53,358 nucleotides of DNA. Origin: Chloroflexota bacterium (lineage in GTDB: Bacteria; Chloroflexota; Chloroflexia; QHBQ01). This document shows positions 10,573-19,226 of this stretch, one piece after another. The notes below the pieces were generated by a model that worked only from the letters and a program-made list of their open reading frames with translations, had not been told where the DNA came from and did no database searches. Location of the stretch: NCBI GenBank assembly GCA_043754535.1, contig JAYUUN010000028.1:1-53358 (forward strand). Reading direction: 5' to 3'. Each line of letters starts with the position of its first letter. The stretch's first letter is position 1. The translations under genes and the position numbers were made by a program.

Positions 10573-10809
10573 GGTGGATAACTTTTGTCGCGCAGTGGGA
10601 AAGAGGTGCGCAATGTTCTATTTTTGTGGAAAAGACGGTGGATAACCAATTGGTTATGGGGAAAAGCGATGAGCAGCGGACGATTGTACCAGCCGCTAGC
10701 ATCAGCGACCTTGTGATTGAACCGTAGGCAATAATGCTAGCACATTAACTAACTTCACTTGACATAATTGTGGAAAGTCGGTGGAAAATCGATCCAAATC
10801 TGTGGATAA
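10573..10809 (-). promoter_or_regulatory. Array of seven co-oriented DnaA boxes
   Basis: Minus-strand 9-mers: TTATCCACC (10573, 10637), TTTTCCACA (10625), TTTTCCCCA (10657), CTTTCCACA (10769), TTTTCCACC (10780) and perfect TTATCCACA (10801), in an AT-richer intergenic region. Confidence 0.8.
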
Positions 10810-10814
10810 CTCTC

Positions 10815-10843
10815 TTGACAGGAGTCGGCGAATCTGGTACTAT
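10815..10843 (+). promoter_or_regulatory. Sigma70-type promoter of the dcd operon with two GANTC sites in the spacer
   Basis: TTGACA-17 bp (GGAGTCGGCGAATCTGG)-TACTAT, 5 bp downstream of a perfect DnaA box. Confidence 0.8.
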
Positions 10844-10848
10844 AGGGG

Positions 10849-11026
10849 AGTCAGGTAAGTGTTCTAATCGGCTACAAACTGAATCGGCGGGCGGCAATCG
10901 GCTTTCGGGCCGATTAGTGATTCTAGGGCCGCGATCAGGTTTGTAGCAGCAACGTCTAGCAGTCAGGGTGCAAAGTGCAGTCCTTTCCCAACCACACAGG
11001 CCGCTGCAACCAAGGTGGCCTGTTTT
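10849..11026 (+). ncRNA. Putative structured leader or small RNA ending in a terminator-like hairpin
   Basis: Stem 10871-79/10939-47 enclosing a UUCG-capped hairpin 10896-10915; hairpin ACAGGCCGC/GTGGCCTGT plus TTT at 10996-11026. Confidence 0.5.
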
Positions 11027-11060
11027 GATTCAGCGACTGTAGCAGAGAGGATTGGCTACC

Positions 11061-11660
11061 ATGATCCTGTCAGACAGGCACATCCGCGAAGCAGTCCTCA
11101 CAGGCCGCATCAAGATTGAGCCGCTGGCAGCGGACTGGCAGAGCCGCCTCGGTAGTTGCTCCATCGACTTCCGCCTCGGCAACCGCTTTGGGGTCTTCAA
11201 CTTTAACAGCTACCCATACGTAGACTCCCGCGACAAGGAAAGTGCTGCCGCCATCGTGCGCCAGATCGAGGTCGCCGAAGACAAGCCGTTCATCATGCAC
11301 CCCGGTGAGTTCATCCTGGCAACTACCCGCGAGTGGCTGGAACTGCCCGACGACCTGCTGGGCCGCATCGAGGGGCGTAGTAGCCTCGGTCGCCTCGGCA
11401 TCATCGTGCATGGCACCGCCAGCATCTTCGACCCTGGTTGGCGCGGCAACCCGACAATGGAACTGGGCAATCTCGGTCGCCTACCGGTCGCTCTCTACCC
11501 CGGTATGCGAATCTGCGCCTTCACCTTCGAGGAACTGACCAGCCCGGTTGACGTACCTTACTACAAGAAGGTGGGCAACAAGTATGCGGGCCAGCGGCGG
11601 CCCGAAGCTAGCCGCCTCGCCCAGGACGACGAACTCCGCCACATCGGTGAGGAGCAGTGA
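11061..11660 (+). CDS. dcd: dCTP deaminase
   Basis: MILSDRHI, SIDFRLG, EGRSSLGRLGIIVHGTA..FDPGW.G and KYAGQ. Confidence 0.93.
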   Translation: MILSDRHIREAVLTGRIKIEPLAADWQSRLGSCSIDFRLGNRFGVFNFNSYPYVDSRDKESAAAIVRQIEVAEDKPFIMHPGEFILATTREWLELPDDLLGRIEGRSSLGRLGIIVHGTASIFDPGWRGNPTMELGNLGRLPVALYPGMRICAFTFEELTSPVDVPYYKKVGNKYAGQRRPEASRLAQDDELRHIGEEQ

Positions 11661-13201
11661 TGACCGCTGTCCGCCAACAGCCAGATTCGCTCACAGACGA
11701 TCAGCCAGCCCTGCCGGTACCCTGGCCCGTCGTCCACGCCGACACCTTGTTGTGCGGCAACCCAGCCTCCCCGGTCGCGGTCTGTTCACTCTGGACCGAG
11801 ACAAAGCGGGTGGCAAAGTTGCTTGACCCGGCCTGCTACTCCGTGATCGGCAATCTCTACCGCCATCGCGGGGTCAACGCTCTGATTCGCAACATCCTGG
11901 CTAACCCGCGCATCCGCCACCTCTACCTCTGGGGCAATGACTTGAGCGAGACGGGGGATACACTGGCTGCTTTCTTCGCGCAGGGGTTGTGCGATGGCAT
12001 GATTAGGGGAACGAACGTAGCTGTCGAGCCAGAGCTACCACCGGCTGCGGTAGAGTTGGTGCGTCAGCAGGTGCGCTTTGTTGACTTGCGCGGCCTGCCC
12101 GCCGAGCAGTTGCAGGCCGCAGTCAGCCGGGCAGCCTGGCTACCACCCTTTGCCGAAGCCAGCTACTATCCCCTGCTCAGGCCAGAGACAGAAAGCATGG
12201 CTGCCGAAGCGTCGGGCTACCGCGTAGTTGGCGAAACAGTCGCCCAGGCCTGGATCAAGCTGGTTAACCAGGTGATGCGCTACGGTCAGGTCAAGCGCAA
12301 TCCGACTTCGAGCAGCGATGAGATCAAGGAGTTGTACAACGTGGTGGCAGTGGTGACGGCAGAGAACCCCGATGAGCCGTTCATCCCCCCCTATATCGCC
12401 AGCATTCCTGATGCACCGACGACGGCGGAGAACATCAAGCGGTACTACGGTGACATCCTCAGCGGCACGGGGGCCGAAGGGGTCAGCTATACCTACGGCC
12501 AGCGGCTACGCAACTACCCTGGCGGGATCGACCAGGTAGCAGAGATGATCGCGGCGGCCCGCCAGCAACCACACTCGCGGCGGATGTTCGCCACTACCTG
12601 GGCGGTGGCGGTGGACGGAGCCAGCGGCGAACCGCCCTGCCTGACCCAAGTGCTGGGCAGCGTGCGCGAAGGCCGCTTCTACCTGACGGCCCACTTCCGC
12701 AGCCATGATTGCTACAAGGCGTGGGTAAAAAACACCTTCGCGCTGCGGGCCTTGCAACAACTGGTCGCGGGCGAAGCAGGGCTAGCGATGGGCTGGCTGA
12801 CCGTGATCAGCCACTCGGCGCACATCTATGCCAGCGACTGGCTGGCCGCCGACACTACATTGGAGAGCAGCTATGCGACTAGCCTAAAGCGCGGGCGCAA
12901 GGGGCAGTACGACCTCGATCCGCGTGGCTACTTCATCATCAAGATTGAGGGCAGCGAGATCGTCGCCACCCTGCACGATTACGCAGACCGCCCGCTGCAC
13001 ACCTTCCGAGCGGACAAGGCGCGCAAGCTGGTAGTAGAGTTGGCCGACGGCGGCTGGCTTAGTCAGCCAGGCCACGCGCTCTATCTAGGCACTGAGTTCC
13101 AGAAGGCGGAGATCGCCCTCACGCTCGGCCTCGCATATCGGCAAGACAGGTCGTTGCCTCTGGCAGAGAGGGCTGGGGGTGACGACGCAGTACCAGATTG
13201 A
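11657..13201 (+). CDS. Three-domain fusion: MtrA-like N-terminal domain + thymidylate synthase (ThyA-type) + DUF4346-like C-terminal domain
   Basis: N-terminus GNPASPVAVCSLWT...IRNILANPRIRHLYLWG; TS core YTYGQRL, SRR, PPC, FRSHD, N and SAHIY; C-terminus DPRGYFII...HALYLGTEFQKAEIAL...YRQD. Start overlaps the dcd stop. Confidence 0.8.
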   Translation: MMTAVRQQPDSLTDDQPALPVPWPVVHADTLLCGNPASPVAVCSLWTETKRVAKLLDPACYSVIGNLYRHRGVNALIRNILANPRIRHLYLWGNDLSETGDTLAAFFAQGLCDGMIRGTNVAVEPELPPAAVELVRQQVRFVDLRGLPAEQLQAAVSRAAWLPPFAEASYYPLLRPETESMAAEASGYRVVGETVAQAWIKLVNQVMRYGQVKRNPTSSSDEIKELYNVVAVVTAENPDEPFIPPYIASIPDAPTTAENIKRYYGDILSGTGAEGVSYTYGQRLRNYPGGIDQVAEMIAAARQQPHSRRMFATTWAVAVDGASGEPPCLTQVLGSVREGRFYLTAHFRSHDCYKAWVKNTFALRALQQLVAGEAGLAMGWLTVISHSAHIYASDWLAADTTLESSYATSLKRGRKGQYDLDPRGYFIIKIEGSEIVATLHDYADRPLHTFRADKARKLVVELADGGWLSQPGHALYLGTEFQKAEIALTLGLAYRQDRSLPLAERAGGDDAVPD

Positions 13202-13233
13202 GAGGATGCGGCAGCCCATTTTACGCTAGCTCC

Positions 13234-14550
13234 TCAAAGGGTCGTGGCTGGTTCGTTTGTCCGCACGGGGCCATACGTGCAGACGGGTGGGCCAGCCACT
13301 ATCCTTTTTAGTTGACAATCCCGCCCCTCAATAGTGGTTGGTGAACGGTAACGCGAAGGAGGGCTGGCAGCTTGTAACAACGGTAACACCGCCCTGGCTG
13401 CCCCACTCGCCCGCCCTGCGGCACCCGCCAGCCCTGCAATCAGCAGGCTGCTGACGACAACCAGACCGAGACCAATGCTCAGACCGAAACCCCTACCGAC
13501 AAAGCCGATCAGCGGCGGCCCTGCGAGTAGGCCGAAGTAGCCACAGGTACTGACCGCCGCCACCGCTGGCCCAGCCACTGGCCCACTGCGCCCCGCTGCG
13601 CTCAGCAGGGTGGGAAAGATCGTTGCCAGCCCCGCGCCCACACAGGCGAAGCCGAGGATCGCAGCGTAGGGATTGCCTGCTAGCAGCCCCAGGCCGAGGC
13701 CGACCGCCGCCAGCAAGCCGCCCCCACGCACAACAGCGACCGGCCCCAGACTGCTGTTCACCCAGTCGCCGACTAGCCGCCCCAGCGTCATCGTCAGCGA
13801 GAAGGCTGCGTAGCCGACCGCCGCCAGCCCCGCACTGGTTGCCAGCGTCCCTTGCAGGTAGACCGCGCTCCAATCGGCCACTGCGCCCTCCGCCAGCAGG
13901 CAGCAGAAGGCAACCGCCCCCAGGCCCAGCACGGCCCTACCCGGCAAGGCGAACACTGGCCCACCCGCCTTCGCCAGGTCTTCGCCCAACATCAGCCGCC
14001 CAGCAGCCAGGGCGATCAGCACCAGCACGAGACCAACCGCCAACAGGTGGATCGCCGGGTCGAGGCCACTGTTGGCGACCAACCCACCTAGCACCGCCCC
14101 GCTGATCGCCCCCAGGCTATAGAGGGCGTGGAACGATGACATGATTGGGCAACCATACACCCCCTCCACCGCTACTGCATTCGAGTTCATCGCCACGTCC
14201 ATTGCGCCGGTGCTGGCTCCACCAAGCATCAGGGCGAAAAAGAGGGTGGGCAGGTTAGTAGCAAAGGCGGGTAGAGCGAGGACGAGGAAGTAGGCAACCG
14301 CCGCCAGCGTCGTCACCAAGCGGCTGCCGAAGCGGGCGACCAGGCCGCCAGTTAGCGGCATCAGCAGCAGCGCACCGATCCCGCCGCCCAGCAGGGCCAG
14401 CCCCAACCCACCCGCGTCCAGCCCCGCCCGCTGCTGGATCGCGGGGATGCGCGCCACCCAGTTCGCCCCTGCCACCCCGTTGATGAAGAACATAGTGGCT
14501 ACCGCAAAACGGGCGGTCGCTGGGGCTGCCTGCACTTTCGGCTTCAACAT
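13234..14550 (-). CDS. MFS transporter
   Basis: About 12 hydrophobic helices; WVARIPAI, DVAMN, IMSSFHALYSLG and EGAVADWSAVYL. Start set to ATG 14550 after AAAGGA. Confidence 0.9.
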   Translation of the reverse strand: MLKPKVQAAPATARFAVATMFFINGVAGANWVARIPAIQQRAGLDAGGLGLALLGGGIGALLLMPLTGGLVARFGSRLVTTLAAVAYFLVLALPAFATNLPTLFFALMLGGASTGAMDVAMNSNAVAVEGVYGCPIMSSFHALYSLGAISGAVLGGLVANSGLDPAIHLLAVGLVLVLIALAAGRLMLGEDLAKAGGPVFALPGRAVLGLGAVAFCCLLAEGAVADWSAVYLQGTLATSAGLAAVGYAAFSLTMTLGRLVGDWVNSSLGPVAVVRGGGLLAAVGLGLGLLAGNPYAAILGFACVGAGLATIFPTLLSAAGRSGPVAGPAVAAVSTCGYFGLLAGPPLIGFVGRGFGLSIGLGLVVVSSLLIAGLAGAAGRASGAARAVLPLLQAASPPSRYRSPTTIEGRDCQLKRIVAGPPVCTYGPVRTNEPATTL

Positions 14551-14671
14551 ATTTGCGTTCCTTTGCTGCACCACGCAACTGCCACTTCGACTCCGTTCGC
14601 CAGCATTACAACTTCGCGTTCGTGCATATGCAGAGGCAAAACGTGCATAATCGGGCAGGATCGTGCAGAGT

Positions 14672-15880
14672 TTAGCGGCCCAGCACCATCTGGCGCACTG
14701 CTGCGAGCCGCTTGCTAAGGGCTAGCAGGTCTGCGTCGCTGTAAGCATGGTCGCCGAGGCTGCTGGCGCGGTCGAGTTCGCTCAACAGCGCAAGCAGGGC
14801 GGCGCGGTCGATGGGGCGGGGGCTACTGCGGGCGATCTCGTCAGTCAGGGCAGCCACTGGCGAGTCGGGGTCGAGGCCAAAAGCCTTGCCGAGGTCGGAG
14901 CGCAGACCCCGCCGATAGTGGTCAACCACCCAGCGGCGGCGGCCCGCCCGGCGGAACATCCCCCCAACCGCCGCCACGTACTCGCCACTACTGCGCCGTG
15001 TCCCCGGCGGCACTAGTGGCACGATCCGCCCAAACCGCCGCCCACTGATCACCAGGTAGGCAGCCAGCACCAGCGCGCCGTAGAGGACGGCCCATCCCCA
15101 GCGCGTGCCGAAGATCGCAGCCCCAATGCTCTCAGCCTGCACGTAGCCATGATGATACTCGTCGAAGGCAACGCTCGCCCCCGGCTCCACCGCTTCCAAC
15201 AGGTTGAGGATCAGCTTCGCGTTATCCTCCTTGCCCAGGTTAGCGTTGGCGAACAGAGCAGGCGCGCTGCACAGGTAGACGCGCCCCTCACCCAGCCCCA
15301 AGCCGACGAAGATCGGCTGCCTGCTGCTGGCACTGCTGCCCTGCGCCAGGTAGACAGTATAGCCATCCTTGCGCTTCTGCGCGTCCAGCACATACTCACT
15401 GTCGGCCTGCACCCGGCGCACTGGCGGTCGCTGCCAGAGCGGTTGGCTGGTAGTTAGCACTGGGCGGGCGGCTCCGTTGTCGAGGGCGAAGTCCAGCCCG
15501 GCCAGCAGCTTGCTGGCGGTCGTCCCCCCTTCAGCCAGCACGAGGGTATGGCCCGCTCGTACCCAATCCAACACGGTATCGCGGTTCACGTTGCTGAAGT
15601 CGCTCTGCGGGTCAAGCACGAACAGCAGATCAGCCGTGTCGGGGATAGCAAAAGGGCCGTACTCGATCCGCTGCGGCTGGTAGCCGAGGCGATCCAGCCA
15701 GCGGTAGAGGGCTTCACCGCCGTCCGCCGCTGCCGAGTGGCTTGAGCCGCTGGCGACATCGCTGCTGCGTGGGGGATTGCTGGCGAAGGCGAACAGGCCG
15801 ACGACCACCAGTCCGCCAAAGACGATCAGCAAAACGCGCTGATCGGTGTCGAGGCTGAAGCGACGGTGCGACTGGCTCAT
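14672..15880 (-). CDS. DUF4350-domain membrane protein
   Basis: N-terminal TM; S..ADGGEALYRWL, WVRAGHTLVLA, FDEYHHG, RRFGR and EYVAAVG. Confidence 0.75.
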   Translation of the reverse strand: MSQSHRRFSLDTDQRVLLIVFGGLVVVGLFAFASNPPRSSDVASGSSHSAAADGGEALYRWLDRLGYQPQRIEYGPFAIPDTADLLFVLDPQSDFSNVNRDTVLDWVRAGHTLVLAEGGTTASKLLAGLDFALDNGAARPVLTTSQPLWQRPPVRRVQADSEYVLDAQKRKDGYTVYLAQGSSASSRQPIFVGLGLGEGRVYLCSAPALFANANLGKEDNAKLILNLLEAVEPGASVAFDEYHHGYVQAESIGAAIFGTRWGWAVLYGALVLAAYLVISGRRFGRIVPLVPPGTRRSSGEYVAAVGGMFRRAGRRRWVVDHYRRGLRSDLGKAFGLDPDSPVAALTDEIARSSPRPIDRAALLALLSELDRASSLGDHAYSDADLLALSKRLAAVRQMVLGR

Positions 15881-17079
15881 CGTGCCGCCTGCCCGGCCAG
15901 CGCAGGCAAACCCACCTGGGCTACGGTGCGAACCTGCTCCACCAGCCCGGCGTAGCGTTGGTACTCCGCCGCGTCGGGGATGCTGTGGCCGTACCAGGTG
16001 CGGTCGAAGGTCTCTACGATGGGGGTGAGCAGGTCGCTCAACTGCCCCTCGCGGGCCAGGCGCAGCAGGTACTCGCGGTTGGTCAGCGAACGGTCGTAGC
16101 GCAGCAGGCCACGCTCGTCCAGCAGGATCAACGTAGTCAAGTAGAGGTAGCGGATCGCGTCGCGGTAGTTACCCTGCCCTGCCTCCACGCTAGCCCGGCT
16201 GCTGCTCTGCTGCGAAGTCATCTGCTGCTCGTCAGCCAGCACCGCCGCCTCGCTCTGTGCGCTGCTCAGTAGCCGCCCACTGTAGGTGACGAAGGCCAGG
16301 ATGATCGCCAGCAGCACAACAGCCAGCCCCAGCAAAGCCCAGGGGCCAAGCAAGTTGATCGACTGCCGCCCATCCTCCGCTTGCAAGACTAGCATATAGA
16401 ACAGGGTGAGCAGGAAGACTGCTCCCCCACTGCCTACGATCCAGAGGCGGCGCACCCTTGCGCTCAGGCGCGTCCCCCGCGTGGCAAGCCAGGCGAAGGC
16501 TGCCGCCAGCAGCCCCAACCCAGCAGCGGTGCCAAAAGCGCGCACTGGGCGGTCAAGCCGCTGATACCAGTTGATGATCCCCTGGAAGAAGTCTACAACG
16601 CCGTCCAGGAAGTCGCGGGGGCGATCCGGCTTGCCATACTGATAGCGGCGGTCGTTCAGCACCTCACCGAGGCGGGCTAGCTGGCCGTCCGCAGGGCCAA
16701 CTGCGGTGGTGCCGAGCGCAGCAACCAGGGCTGTCACTTCGCGCTCAAGCGGGGCAAGGTCAGTCGGGGGGTCGGCCAGAACTGCTAGCAGCAGGCTATT
16801 GTCGGGCGTGAAGCTGCTACCATCCGCCAGGGCCACTGCGCCGATCACCGCCAGTTGGCTGCGGGCTGGGGCTACAGTTGTGCTGGCCGCTCCCTTGCTC
16901 TGGCCCTCTGCCCGCTTCAGGGCAGCGGCTACCTCGGTCAGCGTCTGGCGGTACTCGGCTAGCGTCACCGTCGCAGCCCGCGCCAGGCCAGGCAGCAGCA
17001 GGCTGATGGTCAGCAGCAGCAAGGTGGTCAAGCCCAGCCCAGCCCGACCCCTCTGTTGTCTACTACGTAGAATGATCAA
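15877..17079 (-). CDS. DUF4129-domain membrane protein
   Basis: C-terminal AIRYLYL..L..LDERG...DRSLTNREYL...FDRTWYG. Start set to TTG 17079, overlapping the upstream TGA. Confidence 0.75.
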   Translation of the reverse strand: MIILRSRQQRGRAGLGLTTLLLLTISLLLPGLARAATVTLAEYRQTLTEVAAALKRAEGQSKGAASTTVAPARSQLAVIGAVALADGSSFTPDNSLLLAVLADPPTDLAPLEREVTALVAALGTTAVGPADGQLARLGEVLNDRRYQYGKPDRPRDFLDGVVDFFQGIINWYQRLDRPVRAFGTAAGLGLLAAAFAWLATRGTRLSARVRRLWIVGSGGAVFLLTLFYMLVLQAEDGRQSINLLGPWALLGLAVVLLAIILAFVTYSGRLLSSAQSEAAVLADEQQMTSQQSSSRASVEAGQGNYRDAIRYLYLTTLILLDERGLLRYDRSLTNREYLLRLAREGQLSDLLTPIVETFDRTWYGHSIPDAAEYQRYAGLVEQVRTVAQVGLPALAGQAAR

Positions 17080-18053
17080 GCCTGCACCTCGTTGGCGGCT
17101 ACCTCTTGCGTCAGTTGCGCCAGGGTATAGCCCTCCTGCCTTGCGCGTAGCTCGAAGTAGAGCAGGACGAGGGCGGCGAAGCCGAAGGGTAGCACCAACA
17201 GGCGCAACAGGTAGCCAAACACATCCACCGCCCACACCGCTAGCGGGCTGTTCCCTGCCGCACTGAAAAAGGGCAGGATGATCGGGGCCACCCCGGTTAG
17301 CAGCAAGGCGGGCAGCACCGCCAGGACGATCAACCCCCCCGCGTGCAGGAAGTTGCGGCCAGTTAGCTGCCAGCTACGCCCCAGTGACCGCCCGCTATTC
17401 TCGCGTTCCATCATTACCACTGGCACAACCAAAGCCCAGCGCAGCAGTAGAAAGCTGACCGCCAGCAGCACTGGCGAACTCCAGTAAACTGTCTGCTTGA
17501 CCGGCTCTGGCAGGCTGGCGAAGCCACCGTCCCCCGGCTTGAAGCCCTGGTCGGCGATTGCCTGGAAGTTGAGGATAGTGAGGAAGACGGTGAGGATGAC
17601 CACCAGGATCAGGCTGGCTAGCCCGGCGAAAATTACCGCTCCGATACCGCCCAGCAGCGGCTTGAGCCGGGGCCGCACCGCCGCATATGCCCCCCCCACC
17701 CCCAGCCGCTGGCCGACATAGAGGTAGCTGATCGCCCGCGTTAGGGCCGCTAGGATGATGAAGCTAGCGACCACCTCGACTAGCACTAGCAGCAGGCGGA
17801 TCAGGATGTAGAAGGCAAGGGCGAGGATGTAGTCGCGGTTGTAGATGTTCTCTGGTCGGCCTGCACGGTCGGGGTTGAGCAAGGCAGAGGTGACAGAGTT
17901 GAAGACGGCCAGCGGCAGTTCCAGCGGCAGGATGATGGCGAACAGCAGACCGAACTGCGCGCCGTACAGCCGGGCTGCGTCGGCCAGGATCACCCACAAG
18001 CTGCGCTGGTGCAGTGGCAAGGAAGTAACCTTTGACTGCCCCAAATCATCCAT
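17076..18053 (-). CDS. Multi-pass membrane protein (GDPD-membrane-domain-like; paralog of the next gene)
   Basis: ILADAARLY, PVVMMERE...SLGRSWQL and LLYFELRARQEG. Alternative GTG start at 18068. Confidence 0.7.
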   Translation of the reverse strand: MDDLGQSKVTSLPLHQRSLWVILADAARLYGAQFGLLFAIILPLELPLAVFNSVTSALLNPDRAGRPENIYNRDYILALAFYILIRLLLVLVEVVASFIILAALTRAISYLYVGQRLGVGGAYAAVRPRLKPLLGGIGAVIFAGLASLILVVILTVFLTILNFQAIADQGFKPGDGGFASLPEPVKQTVYWSSPVLLAVSFLLLRWALVVPVVMMERENSGRSLGRSWQLTGRNFLHAGGLIVLAVLPALLLTGVAPIILPFFSAAGNSPLAVWAVDVFGYLLRLLVLPFGFAALVLLYFELRARQEGYTLAQLTQEVAANEVQA

Positions 18054-18064
18054 CTGCGCCCCCT

Positions 18065-19132
18065 TCACACCCGGCCCAGTTCTGGTTGGGCCGCATCTAC
18101 GGCCCGTTCGCGGCGCAGGCGGTCTAGCGCGATGTCGAAGTCCAAGCCCTCCTGCCGCACCCGCAAGTCCAGGTAGAACAGGGTGAAGGCGATCACCGAC
18201 ACTGGTTCGAGCAGGAAGCTGGTCACCCCACTGACCACCGCGCCAATTGCCGCTACCAAGTTGAGGTCAAGGGTGGGCAGGAGGATTTGCACGAGGGTGT
18301 CCACCAGTTGGCGCACCCCGCCGGTCAGCAGCAGACTGAGCAAGATGGTCAGCAACCAGAGGCCGATGCTGCGCCCCCATGCGCCGTTCTTGATCAGGGC
18401 GCGGCTGCGGTTCAGCGCGCTGAGTGGCCCCAGCCGCTCGATCACCAGCACTTGTAGGCTGACCAGGTAGAAGGGGGCGAGGAAGAAGGCGGCCACCGGC
18501 CCAGCAAAGAGGCAGAGTACGCCCAGGCCAGCCACGGCAAGGGCGAGACTGACCAGGGCCAGCCAACCGAGGAGGCTACCCAGCCGCCCAAAGGTGTAGC
18601 GGTAGGTTTCGACCAGGGTGAGTGGCTGGCCCAGGTAGCTCTCTGCCGCTGACTTGATCAGGGCCGCCGTTGCGATCTGCAACAGCACCCCCAGCAGCAG
18701 GCTGAGGCCGAAGTACAGGCCTAGCCCAGCGTAGATGCGACCCAAAGAGTTGATGAACTCAGGGCTGCGCGTAAATTGTGGATCGCTCAAGCCAGTGTTC
18801 AGACTCCAGCTTGTGAACCACTGGATCAGGAAGGTGTTGATCATAATGTAGGGGACGTAGGCGAGGCCGAGGATCGCCAGGAAGCGGCTGGCATGGCGAC
18901 GGTAGAGGGCGAAGCTGCGGTCGAGTATCTCGCTGATCAGCAGTGGGCGCAGCAGCCCGCCGCCCGCCCCGTAGTTGTAGGGGATCGCCCGTTCCTGCGC
19001 CAGCGGCTGGGCCACTGCTGCTGCCGCCGCTACTGCTGCTGGCGGGGGGGCTGGTACAGCATAGGGATTGTAGGGTACGAAGTTGGGGCTGGCTGGTAGC
19101 CCCCCGCTAGCATCTTGTGTTCGCTCGTCCAT
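18065..19132 (-). CDS. Multi-pass membrane protein (GDPD-membrane-domain-like)
   Basis: LRPLLISEILDRSFALYRRH, VIERLGPLSALNRSRAL and LFYLDLRVRQEGLD. Start set to ATG 19132. Confidence 0.75.
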   Translation of the reverse strand: MDERTQDASGGLPASPNFVPYNPYAVPAPPPAAVAAAAAVAQPLAQERAIPYNYGAGGGLLRPLLISEILDRSFALYRRHASRFLAILGLAYVPYIMINTFLIQWFTSWSLNTGLSDPQFTRSPEFINSLGRIYAGLGLYFGLSLLLGVLLQIATAALIKSAAESYLGQPLTLVETYRYTFGRLGSLLGWLALVSLALAVAGLGVLCLFAGPVAAFFLAPFYLVSLQVLVIERLGPLSALNRSRALIKNGAWGRSIGLWLLTILLSLLLTGGVRQLVDTLVQILLPTLDLNLVAAIGAVVSGVTSFLLEPVSVIAFTLFYLDLRVRQEGLDFDIALDRLRRERAVDAAQPELGRV

Positions 19133-19226
19133 CACGCCCCCTTTTGCTCTGCGCTTGTTACTCAAATATAGCATAACTAAGGCGGCTAGACAAGGGTGGC
19201 TAGGTGGCAAAGCAAGCACCAAATAG

